The position numbers were made by a program, and so were the translations under genes. Of a stretch of 25,744 bases of DNA, positions 1 through 7,898 are shown in pieces (positions within the stretch are counted from its first letter, which is position 1; each line of letters begins with the position of its first letter). The notes beneath the pieces are model-generated. The model did no database searches. It saw only the letters and a program-made list of their open reading frames with translations, and was not told the origin of the DNA. The DNA comes from Chlamydiota bacterium (GTDB lineage Bacteria > Chlamydiota > Chlamydiia > Chlamydiales > SM23-39), in contig JBCAXK010000022.1 of NCBI GenBank assembly GCA_038534095.1, forward strand, positions 1 through 25,744, read 5' to 3'.

Positions 1-484
1 TAATATTGGAGGATTTTTCTCTACAGATCTGGGATTCTTTTGCAATTATATTCCTTTCTTCGAACTGTTTGGATCGGTTGGTTACAACTACCTCCACCAA
101 GGGGAGTACGATGAAGAGGGCACCTGCTCTTTAGATCTGCGCCTCTTATCTCGTGATGATCACCTTCTCCGATCAGAGGTTGGAGGAAGATTCAAAACCG
201 ATCTTCCATTGAATGAGAGCTCCGTACAATTTTTTGCTGGCGCTAGCTGGGTGTATAAAACGCCTCTAGAAAATGGCCTATACAAATCTAAATTCGTAGA
301 TTTTAGCGCAAATAGTTCAGACCTTGTAGTGCGTACCTTTGATAAAAGTATTTCCTTTATCTCCCCAGAAGTAGGGATAGAGCATATAAGGGATTATGTT
401 AGTTTTTCGATCTTCTACCAAGGAGAATTTGGCAAGGGTTATACTACCAACCAGGTAGCTCTTAAAGCTGCTTACAATTTTTGA
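1..484 (+). CDS. Autotransporter / outer-membrane beta-barrel domain protein, 3' end (5' part outside window)
   Basis: Frame is open from base 2 to TGA at 484. It reads YLHQGEYDEEGTCSLDLRLLSRDDHLLRSEVGGRF, a typical autotransporter beta-domain pattern, and ends VALKAAYNF with the terminal Phe beta-signal. Confidence 0.75.
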   Translation, partial: NIGGFFSTDLGFFCNYIPFFELFGSVGYNYLHQGEYDEEGTCSLDLRLLSRDDHLLRSEVGGRFKTDLPLNESSVQFFAGASWVYKTPLENGLYKSKFVDFSANSSDLVVRTFDKSISFISPEVGIEHIRDYVSFSIFYQGEFGKGYTTNQVALKAAYNF

Positions 485-486
485 AT

Positions 487-1335
487 TTAGCAGTCGACCA
501 AGCTCTCAACGGTTTGCTGAGCAGGTGATCGGGAAGAACTCCCGTTCATCTGCTCAGCCCTAGAAAAAGAAAACGGCGAAGAGGCTCTATCTTGATGCGC
601 GATAAACAGAGAAAGATCTCTTTTTTTTTCTCCCAAAAGATTTTCCACAGTCTTCATCGCAAGATCCCCGGTATTGCACTCAGAAGACAAATGGGCAAGA
701 TAAACCGCTTCCAATCCTGGGTGATGCACATCTGCTAAAAGCTTTCCACAAGCAGCGTTCGATAAATGGCCTTGATTCCCAAGAACGCGCACTTTGTATA
801 AGGAAGGCCTTTTCGACTGTTCTACTAACTGGGGATCGTGATTAGCCTCCAGATACAAAACATCGCAAAACCGGAGTTTTTTTTCGACAAGGCTTGATAC
901 AAATCCCAAATCGGTACAAATGCCAAGCCGTTTATCACATGTTTGGATAAGAAGAGCTACAGGATCTGCGGTATCATGAGAAATCGTAAAGGGATCAATC
1001 TCTATATCCTTATAGCAAAAAGGTTCTCCTGTCGAAAAAATCTTGCATTTAGGAATAAACCCTAAACTCTCATAAATCCCTTTTGCTGTAGCTACATTCG
1101 AAAAAATAGGAATCCCCCACTTTTTATTCAACGTAGTAAGACCTGAGATGTGGTCATGATGCTCATGAGTGACAATCACTCCTTCCACTTCTGCTAACGT
1201 TTTTCCTAAAGAAGCTAAGACTTGTGTAATTCTCTTTGCAGAAACGCCAGCGTCAATCAGCAAGCAAGTTTCTTCGCTAACAAGCAAAGAAGCGTTCCCT
1301 TTAGACCCTGAAGCGATCGGAAAAAATCCGGGCAT
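487..1335 (-). CDS. yycJ: MBL-fold metallo-hydrolase, YycJ/WalJ-like
   Basis: Motifs ASGSKGN, LLIDAG, THEHHDH, HD, TDLG, LEANHD, GHLSN and AHLS. Start moved to ATG 1335 (MPGFFP), which follows AGGAG. Confidence 0.85.
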   Translation of the reverse strand: MPGFFPIASGSKGNASLLVSEETCLLIDAGVSAKRITQVLASLGKTLAEVEGVIVTHEHHDHISGLTTLNKKWGIPIFSNVATAKGIYESLGFIPKCKIFSTGEPFCYKDIEIDPFTISHDTADPVALLIQTCDKRLGICTDLGFVSSLVEKKLRFCDVLYLEANHDPQLVEQSKRPSLYKVRVLGNQGHLSNAACGKLLADVHHPGLEAVYLAHLSSECNTGDLAMKTVENLLGEKKRDLSLFIAHQDRASSPFSFSRAEQMNGSSSRSPAQQTVESLVDC

Positions 1336-1542
1336 AATTCTCCTAAAAATTGATTGCATTGTAACAAATGTAGAAAAAACTCGATCCAAGTTTTTTCCTG
1401 CAAACAAGCTTTGTTTTTAGCGAATAATCTTAATCTAAATAGAAAAAACGTGTGTTAATTGCAAAAAATCCATGAAATTATTGACAAAAACTCGCGAAAA
1501 ATAAAATAACTAGTATTAAACAAATAAACAGGGAATCATACC

Positions 1543-1884
1543 GTGTTAGGTGAAGATTTATTACTAGAAATCGATACAACGATTGATCGATTGATAGAAA
1601 ATGCAGAAGCGATGGAAGGAAAGGAACTTTCTGCATTAGAAGAAAGCCTCTTAAAGAAAACACAAGAAAGTCTTCTTGCTCGCATGTTGCATGCCGATGA
1701 AAAATTAGCTGAGAAACGCTCTAGCTTAAAAAAGCCCCATCCAAAAATTGCGCGTTATCAAATTCAAAAGAAACTCTTCCGTTTTACTAAGCTCAATGGA
1801 GATTTTGTGAAAAACCTTCCTGCAAAAATGGGCGTACGAAAAAGAGTGCGTAGAAAAAAGGCTTGTCAAGAAACTTCATCATGA
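1543..1884 (+). CDS. Hypothetical protein, 113 aa, helical with basic C-terminus
   Basis: GTG start after AGGGAA; protein-like composition; no family recognised. Confidence 0.65.
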   Translation: MLGEDLLLEIDTTIDRLIENAEAMEGKELSALEESLLKKTQESLLARMLHADEKLAEKRSSLKKPHPKIARYQIQKKLFRFTKLNGDFVKNLPAKMGVRKRVRRKKACQETSS

Positions 1885-1907
1885 CAAACAACAGGTAATT
1901 TGGAATA

Positions 1908-1938
1908 TTGCTCGCAAGCAGGCTAGCTTGCTTAGCAA
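1908..1938. terminator. Hairpin between convergent genes, possible terminator
   Basis: TTGCT-C-GCAAGC-aggcta-GCTTGC-TT-AGCAA; no strong U tract. Confidence 0.3.
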
Positions 1939-2169
1939 ATCTATCCCCCCTTTTTATCTCTTCTGCCACGCATATCTTGCGATCATTGCGCATTGTCTTT
2001 TACGCACACGTGTCAGACAGGGAGAAAAAATGCAGACCTTTTTTCTTTAGAGGATAGCGCACTGTCGAAAGACTCCTCCCTACAAAAAAACCGCTTTTCA
2101 CTCATGAAAAAGTGTCCCCTTACTTTTGTTCCTACTCATCCGCTCAAGTATTGCGGGGCTCCCCTTTGA

Positions 2170-2970
2170 CTATGTACTTTTGACCCACGCCAAAAACTGG
2201 ATAAATTGTGTGAAAAAATAATCCCAAGCTTCTTTTACGATCGAATAATGGACAATACGCTGCTTTTCTATTTGGCAAGAGAGCTTTTTTACATTGGCGT
2301 CTAGTTCTTCTAGGCCTTTTAAATGTTTGTCACATTCAACAAGCAACTCAAATAATTCGGGATCAAGCGCTTCTACATCTTTTTTTTCCGTATTTTCTAT
2401 CTCTAAAAATTCCTTTTTAGAGCCCAAAACTAGCTCCACATCATCGGCATGTTTATGAAGAGCAAAGGGATTGGGTTCTAGTGTTTTTTCGTAATATCCA
2501 CACAAATCAAGCTCCCGTGCAAATTTTTCCGCCTCCTCATCAGACATCAGCTCTTCTTTAGACGGGAGTTTTGATTGGTGATCGATGCCTACATACCTTT
2601 CAAAATCCTCCAAAGAACTATCTGGTTGGATTTGTATAGGAACCCTACCTCCTGCAAAAATCTTTAGAGAGCTTTCTTGTACTTGTCTAGCGGAAGTGAC
2701 CAAAAATTCATCAGCGACAGTAATAGCCTTTTCTGTTGCCTGTAATGCTGTTCCTGTTGTTTTTAATGCTCTTTCCGTTGCTTGTGTTGCAACATTTTCC
2801 ACCATCTTTAGTGCTAAGTCTGTTGCCTTTGCCGTTTCTTCTGCTGCGCCCATAATTTTTTGCCCAAGGTCTACATAAGTCTGTGGAGACCATAATACGG
2901 CGCCCGTTGTTTGTACCGTTTGGCGAAGGTTTGTGTAAGTCTGTGGAGACCATAATGCTGCGATACTCAT
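2170..2970 (-). CDS. Orphan protein, 266 aa, with N-terminal 20-aa duplication and Ala/Thr-rich helices
   Basis: Long ORF. Likely start is ATG 2970 (MSIAALW) after AAGGGAA. LWSPQTY occurs twice. Confidence 0.75.
   Translation of the reverse strand: MSIAALWSPQTYTNLRQTVQTTGAVLWSPQTYVDLGQKIMGAAEETAKATDLALKMVENVATQATERALKTTGTALQATEKAITVADEFLVTSARQVQESSLKIFAGGRVPIQIQPDSSLEDFERYVGIDHQSKLPSKEELMSDEEAEKFARELDLCGYYEKTLEPNPFALHKHADDVELVLGSKKEFLEIENTEKKDVEALDPELFELLVECDKHLKGLEELDANVKKLSCQIEKQRIVHYSIVKEAWDYFFTQFIQFLAWVKST
2876..2956. repeat. Intragenic direct repeat with 60-bp period
   Basis: TAAGTCTGTGGAGACCATAAT is identical at 2876-2896 and 2936-2956. Confidence 0.9.
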
Positions 2971-3614
2971 ACTTTCCCTTTTGTTGTGCTGTTCAAAGCT
3001 ACCTTTGCTCTTGTCTACTACGCCTTCCAAAACTCTTATCTAGAAATAGTAGTGATAGAGGTAAACAAGCTGTTGAATTTATTTATATGTAGTTTAACAT
3101 AATTAAAAATATAAGTTTAAGTTATTTTTAATATTTTTAAAAAATACATATATTTAATAGTATTATTTTTATAGTTTTGTAAAAAAAGAAACAAATTATA
3201 GTCCATTCTCCCAAAAGACACGCCATAAATTACTAATAATGAACATGATCGATAAAAAAACCCTGCATCAAGCACCGAATAAAGGATCTATTCGACAACA
3301 AATCCTATTGTTCTCTAAAAAACAGTAGTCACTTCTTGCTAGCAATTTTTATCAAAAAATCACTTTAAGTAATTCAATTTCAACAAACTAGATTTTTTTA
3401 AAAGAAAAATACATGAATACTACAACTACGAGCCTAGCCCACAAGAACAGATCACTACTGCAAGAAACTTTAGCTATCTATGCTAACTTTTTACCAAAAA
3501 AAACTCGCGAGAACCCTTTTTTTAAGAAGAGAAGAGATGTGCAAAAAAACAGCAAAAATCGCTCAAATGTGACTATTACATATTGCCTCTGAGGGATCGT
3601 TTGCTCTACTGAAT

Positions 3615-3657
3615 AAAAAAACCTTCAGAGAAAAAGCGAACGCTTTTTCTCTGAAGG
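3615..3657 (-). terminator. Intrinsic terminator of the 323-aa gene
   Basis: Perfect 17-bp inverted repeat CCTTCAGAGAAAAAGCG-aa-CGCTTTTTCTCTGAAGG (3622-3657), followed by T7 on the minus strand, ~40 bp past the stop. Confidence 0.85.
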
Positions 3658-3695
3658 CAACCATGTGCATTTATGCGTCTAAAAGTCGGTTTGGA

Positions 3696-4667
3696 TTAAT
3701 ACCGGGGAAGCAAATAACTCATGAGAGTGCTCTCTTCTCTAGTTTTCCTAGCTTCTCGCTGATCTGCTTGTTCTGCTTGAATTCTTTTCACTATTTCTTG
3801 TTCTTCTTCAATAGTAAGCTTTGGTTGAAGACGAGCATTGATTGGATTCTTCCGTTTTTTCTGCTTTTTACGCGCTACTCTTTTTTGATGAGGCACGTTC
3901 CGAACAGCCTTGGGTGTGTTTTTAACCGGCACTTTCCGCGGAAGAGAAGTTCTTGCCACTACACTTTCCTCCCCCACTCTTCTTGGTAGAGAAACGCTAC
4001 TCTTATTTCGAAGCCTCTCTTGATCTTCAATAGCCTGAATCAAAAGCTTTTCATTGATCTTCGATGAATCGACAATGCTTTGTATGACTCTCTTTGGAAC
4101 CTCCACCCTACGATTGGGCAATTGTTCTTTGCGCACAACAATATCCGCTCCGCGAGAAACTTCTTTCTCTTCTTCTTGCTCTCTTCTTTTTTCTGCTCGG
4201 TTCGTCTGATAGTGAATAAATCGCCCTCTGTATGGAGTATCTTGATCGGCTTTTTTGTAAGCATTACAAACGATATTTAAACGAGTATCAAGAGCATTAG
4301 GATTTTTAGGCACAAACTTCCCCGGTTCCCATTGCGTCTGCAAAACTTGCTTGACGATTTCAGGGATTCTTGGCCGGTTCCTTCTTCCAATACATTGCCT
4401 AAAAAACTGGGTGATTTTCCTAACCATGGTTTCTTCTAAAAGAGAAACAATCGATTGATTGAAAGTCTCTTGATAAGATATCAAGGCATCCAAACAATGT
4501 TTGTAAGAAGTGAAATTCAGAATAAACTTGGCAATCACATTACAGTTCCAATCAAAAAATAACTTTGCAATTTTAATGACTGTAGAAACTTTTGTTTGTT
4601 CAACAGGCCTAACTAGCGCATGAGTTGCTCTACTACTACGCCCTTCTGCTGGTAATTGGACGATCAT
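3696..4667 (-). CDS. Orphan protein, 323 aa; divergent member of the tandem-paralogue family with a basic C-terminal region
   Basis: Likely start is ATG 4667 (MIVQLP) after AGGAG. The N-terminal segment aligns with the ORFs at 4984-7836. Confidence 0.75.
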   Translation of the reverse strand: MIVQLPAEGRSSRATHALVRPVEQTKVSTVIKIAKLFFDWNCNVIAKFILNFTSYKHCLDALISYQETFNQSIVSLLEETMVRKITQFFRQCIGRRNRPRIPEIVKQVLQTQWEPGKFVPKNPNALDTRLNIVCNAYKKADQDTPYRGRFIHYQTNRAEKRREQEEEKEVSRGADIVVRKEQLPNRRVEVPKRVIQSIVDSSKINEKLLIQAIEDQERLRNKSSVSLPRRVGEESVVARTSLPRKVPVKNTPKAVRNVPHQKRVARKKQKKRKNPINARLQPKLTIEEEQEIVKRIQAEQADQREARKTREESTLMSYLLPRY

Positions 4668-4792
4668 ATGTTTTCTCCTAAGTAAATACCTTTTGGGAGG
4701 CTCCCCCTCCCAAGGTTGTTGTACTGTTGCAAAACAGTCGTTATTCTTACGCAAAATTCCCTAAGGGAACGAGGCGTGGTATCTCTTCCACA

Positions 4793-4927
4793 AGTTTGAA
4801 AATACTTTCTCAAAACAGGTGTTGCTTTTTGTAGGAAACCCCCAGTCTCAAAAGATCGTTAAGATCCCTGGTTTTGACTATCCAATCTTTGATCCGCTAT
4901 GATGATTGGCGTGATTCCTACAGATTT
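4793..4927 (-). ncRNA. Candidate structured RNA element, copy A
   Basis: Closing stem UGUAGGAA/UUCCUACA, inner stems CCAAUC/GAUUGG and UCAAAA/UUUUGA, then the invariant 24-mer. Folded by eye. Confidence 0.35.
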
Positions 4928-4983
4928 CGTCACGTCAGATAAAGTCTGAAACTTTCTACTCTATTGAAAAAGGTCTCCTGCTA

Positions 4984-5454
4984 CTATCGGAACCTATCTA
5001 GGGCATCTTGAAAATCCCAATCTTGTTGGAGTTCTTCTGCTAGAAAACTATCGCTCCGATTCGAGGCGGGTTTGGGCACTTCTGGCTCTGAAACACGCTC
5101 TTTATTCTCAGATTCCTCTGTCTCGATCTCCGGCTCTTCTGAATCTAGTATAGCCCAGAAATCATCTACTTCGCTAGAAGGAGGAGGCGCATCTTTTCTC
5201 GCCTTTCTCCCAATATGATCACACAGAAAAGCTTCTTTCGGCGTTCCAGAAATTGTAAGAGAATAATCCAGTAAGTAATCACCGCAGGCTCTTTCGCTCA
5301 CAAAATACATCAAAAAATTTGCTAGTGATTTGAAACAACGACTGGCAATATTGATGATCGCTCTTTCCAGAACGCTTGTTCTTCTGGAAAAAGGCATCGC
5401 TGGCGTGTTATTTGTTGCAGTTGCACTTGGCACAGTTAATTGGTTAATAGCCAT
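4984..5454 (-). CDS. Tandem paralogue A, 156 aa, with altered C-terminus
   Basis: Shares IASR..F..LA.FLMYF.SE.AC..YL, KE..L..HI.RK, EPEVP and FQD with copies B and C. RBS GGGAG. Confidence 0.8.
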   Translation of the reverse strand: MAINQLTVPSATATNNTPAMPFSRRTSVLERAIINIASRCFKSLANFLMYFVSERACGDYLLDYSLTISGTPKEAFLCDHIGRKARKDAPPPSSEVDDFWAILDSEEPEIETEESENKERVSEPEVPKPASNRSDSFLAEELQQDWDFQDALDRFR

Positions 5455-5488
5455 AATTAATCTCCCGTTTTTTAATTAATTTCTATCT

Positions 5489-5517
5489 ATTATATCAAAA
5501 TTTAATTAAAATTTAAA
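5489..5517 (-). promoter_or_regulatory. Sigma66/70-type promoter of paralogue A
   Basis: Minus strand reads TTTAAA-17 bp-TATAAT with an extended -10 TG, inside a 36-bp block identical in all three copies. Confidence 0.7.
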
Positions 5518-5943
5518 GTTTATTTATTGATTTAATTATTAAAATTCTGTTGTTTTTCACAAGAAAAACACTCTAATCAATAGATAATCAAAGGCTTATA
5601 GAAAAATCTTAGATCACATACCCTCTTTTCAATACAAACAACCGCTGATTAAAAATGCTTCTAAAAGCAATTCTTTCTAAGAAATTTTGTGAAATTTTCG
5701 CTCTTGCATTTTCTTTATGCAAAAGCAATTGTTTTTCAATAGGTTACGGTGATTTTCACTGAAAAACAGAGAAAAAACTGTTCCATCGATCGGATGTAAA
5801 GAGAGCGGGATAAGATGGTCAGATAACATTGTGGAGATGCTTACAAAAAATAGGAAAATCTGAGATCTAAACGGGCCAGTAGAGGAATCAAGAACCAAAA
5901 TCTTCCAAAGAGATCTTTGCCACGATTTCTACTCCCAGTCTTA

Positions 5944-5973
5944 TAAAGAACCTCACCTCTGTGAAGAGACGAG
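5944..5973 (-). terminator. Terminator-like hairpin after element B
   Basis: Minus strand CUCGUCUCU-ucac-AGAGGUGAG (two G-U pairs), then GUUCUUUAU. Same position as the hairpin in copy C. Confidence 0.5.
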
Positions 5974-5977
5974 CATT

Positions 5978-6112
5978 AAGTATGAAAATACTTTCTCAAA
6001 ACAGGTAATGATCTCTATAGGCACTAGTCAAAATCAAAAAAAGCCAGGCTCTTTAGTTTTTACCATTCGATCATCGATCTCCTAAGATGATTGGTACAAT
6101 TCCTACAGATTC
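5978..6112 (-). ncRNA. Candidate structured RNA element, copy B
   Basis: CUGUAGG/CCUAUAG (G-U), UACCA/UGGUA, AUCAUC/GAUGAU and AAAGAGC/GCUUUUU, then the invariant 24-mer. Confidence 0.35.
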
Positions 6113-6137
6113 TCCAATAGTGGGATAGGCCCGTTTT

Positions 6138-6648
6138 TTATTCTATTCGGAAATCATGCGCTAGTACTTCTCCTGTAAAAGCTAGTAGATCTCAGAAATG
6201 TTCCTCTTCTCCCAACGCTTTGGACAAACTGTCTCGAGGTGAGCTAAAGACAAAAGCAGGTCTAGGCACCTCTGGAAAGCTCTCTGCTTTCTCTTCTTTG
6301 TGTTACAGCGAACGATTCCCATGCGCTACATTCATCATCCTCTACAGGAAATATAGGCGAGAAATGTACGCCTGCGGGATCACGCGGCGCACCTTTACCC
6401 ATCTTACGCACAATATGATCGGCTAAAAAAACTTCTTTTGTTGTTTCGGAAAATCTTACGCTATTATCTTCTAAATAAGATCTACATGCCCCTTCGCTGA
6501 TAAAATACATCAAAAAATCTGCGAGTAATGTATAGGAACGGCTAGCAATATCCATGATCTTTTTTTCCATTGCAGAAGCTTTTTTCAGAAGAGTACTCAA
6601 TATCTGTTGATTTGATACGCCATCTATACGTGCATGTTGAATGGCCAT
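6138..6648 (-). pseudogene. Tandem paralogue B, disrupted
   Basis: Net 8-nt deletion versus copy C near 6275-6290 ends the ORF at 6262. The shifted frame continues PEVPRP..RDSLSKAL..HF*DLLAF..RIE*, with an in-frame TGA at 6192-6194 and the ancestral TAA at 6138-6140. Confidence 0.8.
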
Positions 6649-6681
6649 AGTGAACTTCCCTTTTTTAATTACTGTCTATCT

Positions 6682-6710
6682 ATTATATCAAAATTTAATT
6701 AAAATTTAAA
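6682..6710 (-). promoter_or_regulatory. Sigma66/70-type promoter of paralogue B
   Basis: TTTAAA-17 bp-TATAAT, identical to copies A and C. Confidence 0.7.
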
Positions 6711-7120
6711 TATTGTTTATTTAATTGTAAAAAACATTTCTTTTGTTTTTACAAAAAAAACACTCTAATCAATAGCTAATTAAATGCTTATAGAGAAAAA
6801 TCTTCAATCCACGCTCTTTTTTGCCAAGCAAACAACCTCCTCTGTAAAATAGTTCCAAAAGCATTTCTTTGTGAATTTTTTGCTTTTGCGCTTTGTTTAT
6901 GCAAAAGCGATTGTTTTGCAATAGCTTACGATTTTCACTGAAAAAACAGGGAGAAAAGCGTTCTATTGACCCTACCTAAAAGAGACCGGATAAGTTCGTC
7001 AGGTAGATTAGGGAAAGTGACAAAAATAGGAAGATCTAAGAACTAAACGGGCAAGTAAGTGCGTTAAGAACCAAAATTTCACAAAAAGATCTTTGCCTCG
7101 ACTTCTGCTTTCACCCTTAT

Positions 7121-7148
7121 AAATAAAAGCGCCTCTTGGAAGAGGCGC
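7121..7148 (-). terminator. Intrinsic terminator after element C
   Basis: Minus strand GCGCCUCU-ucca-AGAGGCGC followed by UUUUAUUU. Confidence 0.7.
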
Positions 7149-7153
7149 ATGTG

Positions 7154-7291
7154 AAGTGTGAAAATACTTTCTCAAAACAGGTTACAATCTCTGTAGGAAG
7201 TCGTGAAAATCAGAAAAATTAACCAGATCTCTGATTGTTACCATCCGATCCTTCGATCTGCTAGGATGATTGGCACAATCCCTACAGATTT
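7154..7291 (-). ncRNA. Candidate structured RNA element, copy C
   Basis: CUGUAGGGA/UUCCUACAG, UUGUGCCA/UGGUAACAA, AUCC/GGAU and UCAGAGA/UUUCUGA, then the invariant 24-mer. Confidence 0.35.
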
Positions 7292-7323
7292 CCCACTAAT
7301 CGGATCGAACCCCTTTTTTATTT

Positions 7324-7836
7324 TTATTCTATTCCGAGACAGTCTGATGGTACTCTTTTTGTCAAAGCTAGTAGATCTTGGAAATACCCATCTTGCTCCA
7401 ATGCTTTGGCAAAACTGTCTCGCATTTGGCGACCAGGCCTAGGCACCTCTGGCTCTGAAGGACGCTCTACATTTTCTGTGCCTTGTGTGACAGTGGAAGA
7501 AGCCGAAGAGACTCCATCTTCACCATTCCCGAAAGGAAATATAGAATAGAAGTAGAGCGATGTGGGATCACGTGGCGCACCTGGGCCCATCTTACGCAAG
7601 ATATGTGCGGCTAACAAAACCTCTTTCGCTGTTCCGGCAAATTTCCAGCTATTCTCTGCCAAGTAAGATCTGCAGGCTCTTTCACTCACAAAATACATCA
7701 AAAAATCTGCGAGTAATGTAAAGCAACGACTAGCAATACCTATGATCATTTTTTCTATTGCAGAGGCTCTTGTCGGAAGAGTACTCAATCTCTGTTGATT
7801 TGATACGCCGTCTATACGTGCATGTTGAATCATCAT
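7324..7836 (-). CDS. Tandem paralogue C, 170 aa, apparently full length
   Basis: Intact ORF ending IE*, which matches the inferred ancestral ends of A and B. Confidence 0.85.
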   Translation of the reverse strand: MMIQHARIDGVSNQQRLSTLPTRASAIEKMIIGIASRCFTLLADFLMYFVSERACRSYLAENSWKFAGTAKEVLLAAHILRKMGPGAPRDPTSLYFYSIFPFGNGEDGVSSASSTVTQGTENVERPSEPEVPRPGRQMRDSFAKALEQDGYFQDLLALTKRVPSDCLGIE

Positions 7837-7869
7837 AGTTAAACTCTCTTTTTTAATTAATTTCTATCT

Positions 7870-7898
7870 ATTATATCAAAATTTAATTAAAATTTAAA
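7870..7898 (-). promoter_or_regulatory. Sigma66/70-type promoter of paralogue C
   Basis: TTTAAA-17 bp-TATAAT, identical to copies A and B. Confidence 0.7.

Noticed and set aside
1486..3510. AAAAACTCGCGA occurring near 1486 and 3500
   Set aside because: Short, low-complexity match in unrelated contexts; likely chance.
3060..3600. AT-rich intergenic region as a replication origin
   Set aside because: No DnaA-box cluster seen; more simply the upstream region of the 266-aa gene.
5677..5898. 73-aa minus-strand ORF in the inter-unit spacer
   Set aside because: No equivalent ORF is listed in the homologous spacer of the next unit.
4797..7182. 24-bp repeats as a CRISPR array
   Set aside because: Spacing is ~1.18 kb, the intervening DNA is homologous, and no cas genes are present.
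4796..7442. Plus-strand micro-ORFs in the element (MKILSQNR; MIG[TV]IPTD, including ORF 7203-7442) and the minus-strand SVGI.PII frame
   Set aside because: Lengths and stops are not conserved, there is no convincing RBS, and the 24-mer has no synonymous changes. Not fully excluded; Ribo-seq would decide.
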